A stretch of DNA of 64,000 bases, from the NCBI GenBank assembly GCA_965219455.1, contig OZ244744.1, positions 4,544,001 to 4,608,000 on the forward strand, written 5' to 3'. The notes under the pieces are model-generated. The model was not told the DNA's origin and searched no databases. It was given only the letters and a program-made list of their open reading frames with translations. Positions 49,937-59,669 of the stretch are shown in pieces. How positions within the stretch are numbered: position 1 is the stretch's first letter; each line of letters starts with the position of its first letter. Made by a program: the position numbers and the translations under genes. The stretch comes from Candidatus Latescibacterota bacterium (GTDB lineage Bacteria > Latescibacterota > UBA2968 > GCA-2709665).

Positions 49937-50062
49937 CGTGTAACACATGGCCCCCGGCTCGCCTCGCTCGACCAAAAGAGCCGTGAGCGAAGAGTTGGCT
50001 GACTGCAAAAACACTGATTTCTTGTCTGATGCACGGCTCCTTTGGGGCCATCACCGTTATGC
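49937..50062 (+). repeat. attC-like site
   Basis: CGTGTAAC..atggcccc/ggggccat..GTT at 50056; same family as 15693. Confidence 0.82.
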
Positions 50063-51121
50063 GAAAGTGAGTTCGATTTGTTTAGAGCGGATCTCTTCCA
50101 GGCGCACCTGGAAAACTGGGAACTCATTCTGCAGGAGCGAACCGTTGAAGCCATCGAACGGATCGCGTCTGTTCCTGGCGTTGCGGGTGTGATTCTTGGG
50201 GGTAGCGTTGGGCGAGGAATGGCGTGGCCTATATCAGATATAGACCTCATCTACATTACTACCAGGGCGGCGGACAACAGTCTTCCAAAAGCAGTGGACG
50301 AGCTTGCGTTGTCCATCACAAGGGAGTGGGCTCGGGACACGTGGCCGACGTCTGTTGACGCAGGCCGACTCCATTTTACAGCCGATGAGGCAGACGACTT
50401 GATCAAAGGCAAGCGTCACTTGGATAAGCTGATGGCCAGTGAGAGGACTTTCCATGCGACCGACAAGAGCCACCTCGGTCAATCAGTTCACGCGTCTGAG
50501 GATTGCGATACTCCTGCATTTGTTGTGCTACTTTCCGATGGTCGATTTGACCCAACGGTTGTCCGGGCACGCCAAATCGAGCGAGTCAGACGTGTAACCA
50601 GGCTCGCCCATCGAGTGAAGTCACATCTGCAGGCAGGTCGTCTGATTGAGGCAGGGATCTCTATACAGGAACTCGCGCGTGTTATAATCCCATATCTGAA
50701 GGAAAGGTGGGGGCATGGAGATCGGTCCTTTGGAAGGGTTTTCACTCGTTTTTGCGTTCTGGCTCACGAGCACCAGGAAGAAGGAATTGCGAATCGCCTC
50801 ATTCGACTGTTCTCTCTTACGGCGGATGAGGTAGAAGCAAGGTACGCCAAGGCTCCCGCTAATGTTGAGGAGCGGCACATCACATCGTATCTATCCCGCC
50901 TGGCCGTGGGCGAGGAGATCACGGAGCTCGATGACAAACGCGATGTCCTGTATGCCTATACGTGGTATGCAGTTCGTACTGGTGAAACTGGTTCGTGGCT
51001 CCTCAATGAGGATCTGCACAAGTCTCAACTCAAGTTGTCACTGGATCAAACAGCATCCATATGGGCCGAGGTGGTCTCGAAGGAGCCGGATTGCGTATCC
51101 AGCGAACTCACCTTCGCATAA
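50057..51121 (+). CDS. Nucleotidyltransferase-domain protein (start uncertain)
   Basis: GGSVGRG..WP.SDIDL; stop lies in the R'' box. Confidence 0.7.
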   Translation, partial: LCESEFDLFRADLFQAHLENWELILQERTVEAIERIASVPGVAGVILGGSVGRGMAWPISDIDLIYITTRAADNSLPKAVDELALSITREWARDTWPTSVDAGRLHFTADEADDLIKGKRHLDKLMASERTFHATDKSHLGQSVHASEDCDTPAFVVLLSDGRFDPTVVRARQIERVRRVTRLAHRVKSHLQAGRLIEAGISIQELARVIIPYLKERWGHGDRSFGRVFTRFCVLAHEHQEEGIANRLIRLFSLTADEVEARYAKAPANVEERHITSYLSRLAVGEEITELDDKRDVLYAYTWYAVRTGETGSWLLNEDLHKSQLKLSLDQTASIWAEVVSKEPDCVSSELTFA

Positions 51122-51199
51122 CACGTCCGTGCCCGGCTTCGGGCCATTCGGCCATTCGCGCAACCGCTACGCGGTTCGGGCACGGAGAAAACGTCGCAC
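51113..51199 (+). repeat. attC-like site followed by a G|TC core
   Basis: TTCGCATAAC complements the 50056 end; GTCGCAC at 51193. Confidence 0.85.
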
Positions 51200-51256
51200 G
51201 AAAAATGAGGGCCTGGTCAATCAATTGGCCGGCACTGTTCACAGATAGCGTGAAAT

Positions 51257-52024
51257 ATGGGTTTAGACGAGCATGTTGCTACATGGAAAGGTGAAGAGGA
51301 ACAACCCTTCTTGGGATGGGACTTTTCCTATCTGGATGGCAGGATGTTAGAAGGGCAAGCTCCATGGTCGTATTCTTCACGGGCTGCCGAGCTCATGCGT
51401 CGATGCTCGTCTGTCATTGACCTGGGAACAGGTGATGGTGAGAGGTTCCTGAACTTACAGGAATTTTGGCCAAAAGTGGTTGTGGCAACGGAGGAATATG
51501 CACCTAACCTCAAGTTGGCAACAGAACGTCTCGTTCCATTGGGAGCGAAAGTTGTAGATGTTCGATTGACTGATTGCGATTCAGTGCCTCTTTTCGATCG
51601 CAAGTTTGATCTCGTTCTAAATCGCCATTCCGCCTTCAATCCCAATGAAGTTGCCCGTATTCTCACGCCTGGCGGTACATTCCTGACACAGCAAGTTCAC
51701 GGGTTATGGGCCTATGACTTACTGGCAGCGTTTGACGCTAAACCGCAATGGCCCGGATCCACCCTTGAAAGGTATGTGGCTCAATTGAGAACGACGGGCC
51801 TGACTATTCTCAATGCCGAAGACTGGTCTGGCCGGCTGGCTTTCGCCGACGTGGGCGCCGTGGTCTATTACTTGAAGGCTGTTCCCTGGCTGGTTCCTGG
51901 GTTTTCAGTCGAAACGCACGTGGAGTTCCTGTTAAGGCTGCAACGCCGTCTTGACAGCGGCGATGGGTTGGCTTTCGCAGCGAGGAAATTCCTGATTGAA
52001 GGGCAAAAGGAGGGGCCAGCTTGA
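51257..52024 (+). CDS. Class I SAM-dependent methyltransferase
   Basis: F.GWDFSYL, IDLGTGDGE, FDLVLNRH, L.PGG.FLTQQV motifs. Confidence 0.88.
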   Translation: MGLDEHVATWKGEEEQPFLGWDFSYLDGRMLEGQAPWSYSSRAAELMRRCSSVIDLGTGDGERFLNLQEFWPKVVVATEEYAPNLKLATERLVPLGAKVVDVRLTDCDSVPLFDRKFDLVLNRHSAFNPNEVARILTPGGTFLTQQVHGLWAYDLLAAFDAKPQWPGSTLERYVAQLRTTGLTILNAEDWSGRLAFADVGAVVYYLKAVPWLVPGFSVETHVEFLLRLQRRLDSGDGLAFAARKFLIEGQKEGPA

Positions 52025-52053
52025 AAGGCGCCAAATGGTATCGATTGTGATCG

Positions 52054-52171
52054 TTTTCGTGTGACAGCGCGGTGTTGTGCTGCGGCGCGGAGCCTGTCCT
52101 GAGCCTGCCGAAGGGCGCCCTGGCCTTCGGCAACCCGCTTCGCTGGTTCGGCAATCGGTGAGACGTCACAC
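52054..52171 (+). repeat. attC-like site with GAC-type R'' box
   Basis: TTTTCGTGTGAC approximates GTCGCACGAAAA; right core GTC at 52165. Confidence 0.7.
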
Positions 52172-52240
52172 GCAAGCGGGGCCAGATATGGTAAGGATAT
52201 GAGTGGTGTGTCCTCCACCGCTTCTGACGGAGGTCTTTTT

Positions 52241-52867
52241 ATGCATGTATACGTAGTCTTCGCGCACCCTACGAGGAGGTCTTTTACCGGGGAGGTTTTG
52301 GACGAATTGTGTCGAGGATTCGACGATGGAGGACATTCATACGAGATCGGGGACTTGTATGAAATGGACTTCAAATGCGAAATGCACCTGGATGAGTACA
52401 CTCGCGAGATGAACGTCCAGGGTAATCGCTCCGCCCTCCCCATACCATCGGACGTGGAAGTCGAACACAGCAAGATCAGCAGGGCAGACGGCCTGGCCTT
52501 TGTTTTTCCCGTTTGGTGGAGCGACTGTCCGGCAAAGTTGAAGGGATGGTTCGACCGGGTTTGGGTCTGCGGATACGCCTACGAGTACCAGTTTGCCAGG
52601 GAGACCTATCCGTTTCCGCGACTCTCAGTCGAAAGGGCTCTCGTTCTCTGTCCGGTGGGTAATACTCTAGAGGGTCTGGAAGAGACTGGTATTGCTGAAG
52701 CCATGAGGCGGTTATACACACATGATCGCCTCCGCCCTGACGCGGGTGTGAAGCATTGTGAGTTCGCACTCCTTCCCGGAATGGCAGATCACTTTGCAAC
52801 ATCGAGCAACAGGGCAAGGAATCTTGAGACCGCGTATCAGTATGGCAGGAACTTCCTGATGAAGTGA
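52241..52867 (+). CDS. NAD(P)H-dependent oxidoreductase (flavodoxin-like fold)
   Basis: AHP...SF, DLY, FPVWW...PA.LKGWFDRV motifs. Confidence 0.9.
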   Translation: MHVYVVFAHPTRRSFTGEVLDELCRGFDDGGHSYEIGDLYEMDFKCEMHLDEYTREMNVQGNRSALPIPSDVEVEHSKISRADGLAFVFPVWWSDCPAKLKGWFDRVWVCGYAYEYQFARETYPFPRLSVERALVLCPVGNTLEGLEETGIAEAMRRLYTHDRLRPDAGVKHCEFALLPGMADHFATSSNRARNLETAYQYGRNFLMK

Positions 52868-52958
52868 AGCAACGTGAAACGCCAGCCTCATTCGATCTGA
52901 GGATGTAGCTGGTTTGCGGCCTCGTCTTCCTGGAAAGCAGCACGATAGTCCCTGGCAC

Positions 52959-53047
52959 GCGTGTATCAGCAGCACGTGCGGCTCGGGCCATCCCGGCCCT
53001 CACCCAACTTGCCTTCGGCAGGTTCGCAAGTGCGCGGAACGTAATCG
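52959..53047 (+). repeat. attC-like site (ATC-type R'', GTA right core)
   Basis: gcacgtgcg/cgcaagtgc arms; GTAATCG at 53041. Confidence 0.7.
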
Positions 53048-53056
53048 GCAATAGTT

Positions 53057-53941
53057 TTGGGGCAGGTCATGATTTATGGCTGCGACGGACTTGAATCGCG
53101 AATAGCGGACCTGACCGGACGAGAAGTGGACCGGCTGCTACCGGTTCAGGGAGGTTACACAAACGCCTGCCGAAGAATCGTGAAATTCCGGGACGGAAAC
53201 ACGGCATTTGCGAAGTGTGCTACGGACCGGCGCACCAGTGGGTGGCTATATTCTGAGATTTCGATCTATCGCCAGCTTTCCGGCGATTTCATGGCGGCCG
53301 TTTTAGCGTGGGATGAGGAGGAACCTCCGTTGCTTCTATTGGAAGATCTGAGCGGGAACCCATGGCCTCCGCCCTGGACTGCTCCTGGTGTCGATATGGT
53401 TCTCGACAGCCTGGCGATGATACATGAAAGCCAGGCGAGTGTGCCCGAATATCGCGAGATCTTCACTCATGGAGGTTGGCACGAAGTTGCGGCGCACCCG
53501 GAGGCCTTCCTGTCGATACGCGTTGCAAGTGAATCGTGGTTGACAACGTGTCTACCCACCCTCCTGGAGGCGCATGATAGCGTTGAACCTGGAGGCAAAG
53601 CGCTTGTCCATCTTGACGTGAGAAGCGATAACGTCTGCTTTCGTGCCGACCGGGCCGTTTTAATCGACTGGAACAACGCCTGCTCCGGCAATCCCGATCT
53701 CGACATTGCCTTCTGGCTGCCCAGCCTTCACCACGAGGGCGGGCCGCCTCCACAGGATATTCTTTCGGGCGCCGGTCACCTGGCGTCGTACGTTACGGGG
53801 TATTTGGCTTCGCGTGCGGGGTTGCCGGACCTGCCTCATACACCGTTGGTTCGCAATCTGCAGAAGGCGCAGCTGAATGCAGGGCTTCAGTGGACGGTTC
53901 AGGAACTTGGACTACCTGAACCGGACATGATGGGAAGATGA
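53057..53941 (+). CDS. APH-like phosphotransferase
   Basis: LLLEDL, HLDVRSDN, LIDW motifs. Confidence 0.85.
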   Translation: MGQVMIYGCDGLESRIADLTGREVDRLLPVQGGYTNACRRIVKFRDGNTAFAKCATDRRTSGWLYSEISIYRQLSGDFMAAVLAWDEEEPPLLLLEDLSGNPWPPPWTAPGVDMVLDSLAMIHESQASVPEYREIFTHGGWHEVAAHPEAFLSIRVASESWLTTCLPTLLEAHDSVEPGGKALVHLDVRSDNVCFRADRAVLIDWNNACSGNPDLDIAFWLPSLHHEGGPPPQDILSGAGHLASYVTGYLASRAGLPDLPHTPLVRNLQKAQLNAGLQWTVQELGLPEPDMMGR

Positions 53942-53977
53942 ATGTCTTTGGCGTGACCCGAACGGGAAGGAGGTAAC

Positions 53978-54754
53978 GTGGCTGGGAAAGATTTCGACAG
54001 GTTTGTCAATCTCGACTCCATCGCGGATGGCTTCTTCAGAGACGCCGTCGTGGGCCACGTCTCGGTGTATTGCGAAGTATTCGCAGAACGGCTTGTCTCA
54101 GTCTATGTGTGGGGAAGTGTTCACCGGAATGAAGCAGTACCCGAAGTTTCCGATCTTGACCTGCATCCGTTTATCCTGGACTCCGTCACCGATGCGGACA
54201 GGTTCCAGTTGCGGGATTCCGAGGCATCCCTTCAAGAGGAGTTCCTCGCGACTCATGGGCTTGTGACACCGCGATCTGTTGACAGGGTATCCGAGGTCGC
54301 AACGCGCCTCCGCTACGACGCCACGCTCGTCTGGGGAGAGGATCTGATTAAAGGGATGGAGATTCCACCCCCCGATCCCGTCGGCGCGTTCCGCGACCCA
54401 CGGGAGCTTGTTCGATATGCAGCGGGATTGCGGGAGGAGAACACAACCGACTTCTCCCTTCCTGACGAGCCCTCATTGCGCCTCCGTAAGCTCGGACGCC
54501 TGGCCGTGCTGGGTGGCGGGTATCTCCTCATGGCAAGCGGAGGCGGGTATTCCCTCAAGGGGTCGGAGGTTCTTCCGCTGCTGGAAGAGGTCTCTCCAGA
54601 TTGGCGAGGATTTCTGAGGAAAACTTCTGAAATCTATGTTCATCCCGTCCAACCGAGCGAGAGCGAGGTAGACGAATATCTGTCTCAACTGGTTGAGTGG
54701 ATGGAATGGATCGAAGATCAACTGCAGGATGAGTCAGCTGTGAGCCGCACCTGA
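53978..54754 (+). CDS. Nucleotidyltransferase-domain protein
   Basis: SVYVWGSV.R.EA....SDLDL; GGAGG RBS. Confidence 0.75.
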   Translation: MAGKDFDRFVNLDSIADGFFRDAVVGHVSVYCEVFAERLVSVYVWGSVHRNEAVPEVSDLDLHPFILDSVTDADRFQLRDSEASLQEEFLATHGLVTPRSVDRVSEVATRLRYDATLVWGEDLIKGMEIPPPDPVGAFRDPRELVRYAAGLREENTTDFSLPDEPSLRLRKLGRLAVLGGGYLLMASGGGYSLKGSEVLPLLEEVSPDWRGFLRKTSEIYVHPVQPSESEVDEYLSQLVEWMEWIEDQLQDESAVSRT

Positions 54755-54781
54755 TCCGCGCCATCATCGCGAATGGGCGAT

Positions 54782-54909
54782 CATTAACACTGAACGAAAG
54801 AGGCTGGCAAGGGCGACTTCCGCGAACAAGCAGGACTTCGGCTCCGGCGCATTCGAACGTCCGACCTGACTTGCTTGCGGAAAGTTCGCAGCCCGAGCGG
54901 GCGTTTTCG
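54782..54909 (+). repeat. Degenerate attC-like site
   Basis: CATTAAC...gttcgcagcccg...G|TTTTCG at 54903. Confidence 0.6.
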
Positions 54910-54940
54910 GAAATAGACTCATTCGAGGGAGTTACCAACG

Positions 54941-55708
54941 TTGAGCGAAGACGTCAGACGTTTTTACGATGACTTAGCTGCTGATTACCATCACGTTTAC
55001 GCAGAGTGGGAATCGGCAATCGAACGGCAGTCGTGTGTACTGGATCGGTTGATTCAACGTGAATCGTCAGTAGATGCATCGCTTGTCCTGGACTGTACAT
55101 GTGGAATAGGCACCCAGGCAATTGGCCTGGCGCGGCGAGGATACGAAGTCTTCGCGTCCGATCTTAGTCCGAAGGCGATTGCCAGGGCGAAATCAGAAGC
55201 AGCTAACCGGGGACTGACGGTTGAATTCGCCGTTGCCGATGTTCGTGAGGTGGAATGTGCCTTCGCCCACAAATTTGACGTCGTAATAAGTTGTGATAAC
55301 TCACTACCGCATCTCTTGACTGACGAAGACTTGACCCTCGCTCTCCGAAGCATTCGGCGCACACTTGCGGGTAATGGACTGTTTATTGCCAGTACTCGCG
55401 ATTACGATTGGCTGCTCGCGGAAAGACCGTCGTTTATGGGTGCGAACGTTCAGGATGTACCGGAGCGCGAGGTCATATCGTTTCAGATCTGGGACTGGTC
55501 GAAGGAATCAGATACCTATTTGATTCGGCTTTTCATAATGAGCCAGAAACCGAGTGGATGGCAAGTAAGAGAGGTTAGGACTCGCTACCGGGCGATTCGG
55601 CGCAAGGAGCTCACTCTAGCCCTGGAGTCCGCCGGATTCTCGAAAATCGCCTGGCATACACCTGAACAGTCTGGTTATTTTCAACCCGTTGTGACGGCGC
55701 ATGCCTAA
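54941..55708 (+). CDS. Class I SAM-dependent methyltransferase
   Basis: VLDCTCGIGTQ and DNSLPHL motifs. Confidence 0.9.
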   Translation: MSEDVRRFYDDLAADYHHVYAEWESAIERQSCVLDRLIQRESSVDASLVLDCTCGIGTQAIGLARRGYEVFASDLSPKAIARAKSEAANRGLTVEFAVADVREVECAFAHKFDVVISCDNSLPHLLTDEDLTLALRSIRRTLAGNGLFIASTRDYDWLLAERPSFMGANVQDVPEREVISFQIWDWSKESDTYLIRLFIMSQKPSGWQVREVRTRYRAIRRKELTLALESAGFSKIAWHTPEQSGYFQPVVTAHA

Positions 55709-55718
55709 TAGAGTCTAC

Positions 55719-55810
55719 TTCCGATAACAGCACGTTTTGCGCTACGGCGCTGATCGCGCCTTGGCCTTCGGCAACCGCTTCGCGGTTCCCAAACCGGCAT
55801 AACGTTACAC
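55719..55810 (+). repeat. attC-like site
   Basis: TTCCGATAAC; ggccttcggcaacc..ggttc; GTT at 55804. Confidence 0.82.
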
Positions 55811-55907
55811 GCAAGGGCCGTCTTTCCTGAATTGGAGCAAGACAATACCGTGATAACCCTGAAAAACCAACCTGCAACCCGTGACCGAGTGGGGGGAGCC
55901 CTAATCA

Positions 55908-56414
55908 ATGCCTCGTGACATTGGTCCAGGAACTCACCTGTTTTGGTCGGCGAAGTCCGGCCTTCATTCAGGAGCCGTTGTAAGACCTGGGGACTTCCAA
56001 ACCCGTTTAATGCGTCAGGTCCTGATCGAAGTCCAAACGGACTCTCTCGCGGTAACGGTTCCAGATGCCGCCGAGACAGGTCGTGTCATGATGGAACTCG
56101 CGTGGGAGACTGTTCGTCTACGGGAATTTCCCCATAGGCCAAGTCGGTTTGACTGCCTCTTTCTCTGGCCGGAAGCGAGTGCTGCCAGACGATTCGACTC
56201 CCATAGGGAAGCGTGCGAACTGTATGACGTCGAGATTCTTGAATGCTCACGCGCGTTCGCTGCTGATATGAACCTGATAAGTTACTTCGAAGAATTCGAA
56301 ACCCTTCAATCGATGTTCGAGCGGGCGCGACGATACTGGCAGAACGAGAGAAAGGACGAGCACGGGGAGATCCTGTTGGAAGGTACAATTCGGATTCAGG
56401 GGACAATCTTGTAG
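55908..56414 (+). CDS. DUF2441-like protein
   Basis: E.VR..EFP.RPSR..CLF...Y.VE...F.ADM...A.RYW...E.L..G pattern. Confidence 0.6.
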   Translation: MPRDIGPGTHLFWSAKSGLHSGAVVRPGDFQTRLMRQVLIEVQTDSLAVTVPDAAETGRVMMELAWETVRLREFPHRPSRFDCLFLWPEASAARRFDSHREACELYDVEILECSRAFAADMNLISYFEEFETLQSMFERARRYWQNERKDEHGEILLEGTIRIQGTIL

Positions 56415-56419
56415 ATGAA

Positions 56420-56587
56420 TACCGGGGCAGACTTGCTGTTCTCGAATTGCAGCGTGACCGCGCAGGGCAAGCGATACACATTGTGTGGGGCATCCCGGCC
56501 GGAAATACCTCACCCGCCGTTGTAGTGACGGCCTATCGCCCCAACAGACAGGATTGGGACGAGGGTTTCATCAGGAGGCGAACATGA
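56420..56587 (+). pseudogene. DUF4258-like toxin, C-terminal half
   Basis: LQRDRAG.AIHIVWGIP.G.TSPAVVVTAYRP...W...F; ATGA overlap with the next gene. Confidence 0.6.
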
Positions 56588-56799
56588 CGAGCAGAGTGAC
56601 TACGAAACTCGTGCGCGCAGGGGAATATGCTGCGGAAGTGGAAGTGGAGTTGATCGATGGTGACGCGGGATGGCCGCCCAATCTTTCGGTCAGAGATGCT
56701 GAAAAGCTGGATGATGTTCGTGAGGCTCTACGGATCTGTAACCTGGAGCAGGCGGCTCAGATGGCTCGGGTATTCCGGCTGACCCCGATTGAGGCGTGA
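56584..56799 (+). CDS. Small TA-partner-like protein
   Basis: GGAGG RBS; TKLV..GEYAAEVEVELI....W.P.LS..DA.KLD.VR.AL. Confidence 0.6.
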   Translation: MTSRVTTKLVRAGEYAAEVEVELIDGDAGWPPNLSVRDAEKLDDVREALRICNLEQAAQMARVFRLTPIEA

Positions 56800-56860
56800 A
56801 GCACCTCAACTTCCCGAAGGACATTGTCCATCGCCCGGACATTAAAAGGAACCATATAGC

Positions 56861-57500
56861 GTGAAAGTGGCTCTTGGTGTCCCCCAAGTAAGACTAAACC
56901 GGCAGGATAATCTCTCCGGCTTGATGCAGATGACTGAGGATGCCGCAGACGTCAATGCAGAGATGATTGTTTTTTCCGAAGCGGCGATTACAGGATTTGT
57001 AAATACCGGGGACCCCGATTATGATCTGTCTCTTGGTCAATCGATTCCCGGAGTTGCTTCAGAGGCACTTTGCCAGCTTGCTGCCAGATGCCGAATTTGG
57101 GTGGCAACAGGTTTCTTTGAACGAGTTGAGGATCGCCTCTACACCGATTGGAACCGCTGCCTTTTTGCTTTGTGGCGATCTATTCAATAATACCTGCTTT
57201 TCTCGGTTGAAGGCACTAAATCCGGACTGGTTGTTGTATCCTATGGCTCGCGGGTTTGATGAAGATGTTGCAGATACGGCTATGTGGCATAGACAGGAAA
57301 AGTACCTTTATGCCCGGCGAGCGCGAGAGGCCGGCGTCAATATGATGTTGGTCAATCAGTTGACAGACGACGAAATGGGAGGTTTCTTCGGCGCTGCTTT
57401 ATTTGTCTCAAGATCAGGTGAGATTCTGGGTGAATTTCCTTTAAAAGAAGAAGGCATGTTGCTCATCGATATACCAGAATGTACCCAACAGCACGCACGG
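56861..57500 (+). pseudogene. Carbon-nitrogen hydrolase with internal deletion and frameshift
   Basis: IVFSEAA.TG in the first frame and LLCGDLF in a second frame; the catalytic Lys region is missing at ~57143. Confidence 0.75.
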
Positions 57501-57640
57501 CGGGGCGCGTCAGGTCCGCAGCACGGGATTGTCCCACCTGCCCCAGGAGAGCCGCGCTGCCCATAATCTCTTTTTCAGCCCGTTTTCGGCGGACATAGGG
57601 CGTCGGCCACACGCCTCGTGGCCAGGAATAGCAGGTCGTG

Positions 57641-59303
57641 ATGACCAAATCTCTCCTGAATCACCCCACTCTCGAGGTCAATCGCAAACAGGCCAAAGCT
57701 CTCGTTCGGGATTTCGCCGCCGGCATCCCCGAAAGCCATCGCTTGTGTCCCGGAGCAGCTTCCCGGACGTGTGAAACCCATCACGGGACGCGACGCTCAG
57801 TTCGTGATCGCACGGGAGTCCGGTTATCACGGATGGACAGCGTAGAGGTCGGCTACTATGGGCAAATCTGCTGAATTGAAGTGGGCAGTAGAAGCGGCCG
57901 AGAAGGCCATCCACGCCAACGATACCGCTCGCCTGGACAGCCTCCTTGCGGAGCACCCGGGTCTGCTCACGTGGCGCAATCCGGACGACGAGCGCCCCGT
58001 TCTGCTTTACGCTACCACCTCCTACGCCAACTTTCCCGGCGCCGAGAATGAAGTTGTCTTCAACCGGCCCGACTGTGCCCGCCTGTTGATTGAAGCTGGC
58101 GCGGTTATGCATCCCCGGGTCTACTTGAGGGCAATCGACACCGGTGCACACGGCATGCTGGCGCTGTTTGACGAATACGGCGTACTGCCGGAAAACCTGC
58201 GTACGTTGACCGCGAGGGGCGATCTCGATAGGGTGCGGGGATGTTTCGACCCTGCCGGCGTCCTGCGCAACGTCGGTCGCCCGGAGGCGGAACTGCGCAC
58301 CGGGTACACCGGCGCCGAGGCGGACTGGCCCGATCCCGCGGATGATCGGTTGATCGTCGCCGACGCGTTTCTCTACGCCTGCCGGCTGGGTCATCGCGAC
58401 ATCGCGCATTTACTGATGGATCGTTGCCTTCAGCTCGACGACAATCTTCGGACGCGCGTGGCGGCATGGCAGGGGAAAACGGCCTTTGTCGATTACCTGC
58501 TGGAGAAGCGGCCAGAGGGGGGAAGACAGGCGCGTTCCTACCGGGAGGCGAACGACGACCCCGGTCTGATCTGGCGTCGGGCCGTGGAACTGCGCCTGCT
58601 CGCCGCCCTGGACGAGGGCAACGCGGAATCCATCCGCGATCTGCTCGCGACCGAATCTTTCCTCCTGGGCCCCCGCTATCTCGAGACCCAGGAAATGATG
58701 CTTGCAGCCGCGGCCTGCTCCGAGGGAAAACTGCCGGTAATCGAAGCCGTGATCACGGCCGGCGCGGCCATCGCCACGGTGGATGAACCGCCGGTGTCTC
58801 GCGCCGTCCTCTATGCTCTCGAATACGGGAATGCCGACTACGTTCCGGCCTTGTCGCAAATCTGGCCCGTGCCTGACGATCTGCCCCACGCTGCCGGTCT
58901 GGGCAACCTGGAGGCAGTCGAAAAGAGGTTCGCCGACGGCTATCCGCAGTTGGGCGATCCATCCTTGTATGCCTGCCCACCCGGGGAATCACCATTGGCC
59001 AGCGTTCAGGAGATCGTCGATAGGGCTTTGGCCTGGGCGGTGCAGAACGGGAACTACCAGATCGCGGACTATCTCCTGGATCACGGCGCGAATATCAACA
59101 CGAGATGGAGTACCCACGAGCCGGCAAGCATCCTGCACGAATGCGTCTTCGCCGGCCGCATGGAACAGGTCGTGTATCTCGTTCGCAAAGGGATCGACGT
59201 GACCCTCAGGGATCATCGACACGATGCCACCCCGGAAGACTGGGCACGGCACGCGGGACAAAAGGAAGTCGCCGAATATCTGGCGGGATTGAAAGGTACG
59301 TGA
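57641..59303 (+). CDS. Ankyrin-repeat protein (5' region frameshifted; main ORF 57858-59303)
   Basis: AL.WA...G...I..YLLDHGANIN, LH.....G....V.YLV.KG.D; upstream P.LE..RKQAK and DAQFVIARE.G..W lie in other frames. Confidence 0.75.
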
Positions 59304-59461
59304 TCTGCGGTTTCGTTTGCCCTGTTTAACAAGCTCATCCGGCGGACTGTGGAGAATCCCGGCTGTTTCGACCAGCCTTGACGGGGGTGAAGCTGAGTCA
59401 AATTCAAATTACATGCGCCGGCATCGGGAAATAACCTTCATGTTGGGCAATTCTGCATACG

Positions 59462-59527
59462 GATCTCGCAAGAACCCAAAGGCACCTTGATGTAATAATG
59501 AATGAGAATGAAGCAGAATGCGATTAA
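59462..59527 (+). pseudogene. Tyrosine recombinase extreme C-terminus, diverged copy 4
   Basis: DLARTQRHLDVIMNENEAECD* aligns with [21 protein letters not shown] of copies 1 and 3. Confidence 0.6.
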
Positions 59528-59659
59528 GGACGGTAGCTGATTAATTGCATTCCTGAACATCTTCGGCTACAAGCTCCAACGTAACATGCTTTCGAACGTT
59601 CGCAGATCCTCCGACCAGATACGAATTACCGTTGCTGTTTTGTAATACCGTAGTTATAG
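59528..59659 (+). other. attI-like element, copy 4 (G|TT at 59653)
   Basis: gcattcctgaacat..gctacaagct..cgaacgttcgcagatc..taccgta GTTATAG; complements CTATAAC at 60370. Confidence 0.75.
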
Positions 59660-59669
59660 GAAATGCCAA

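Noticed and set aside
27706-59400. Possible extra attC remnants near 27706, 31320-31378, 33450, 43184, 57484 and 59325
   Set aside because: Only one box or weak arms are visible, so they were not listed as features.
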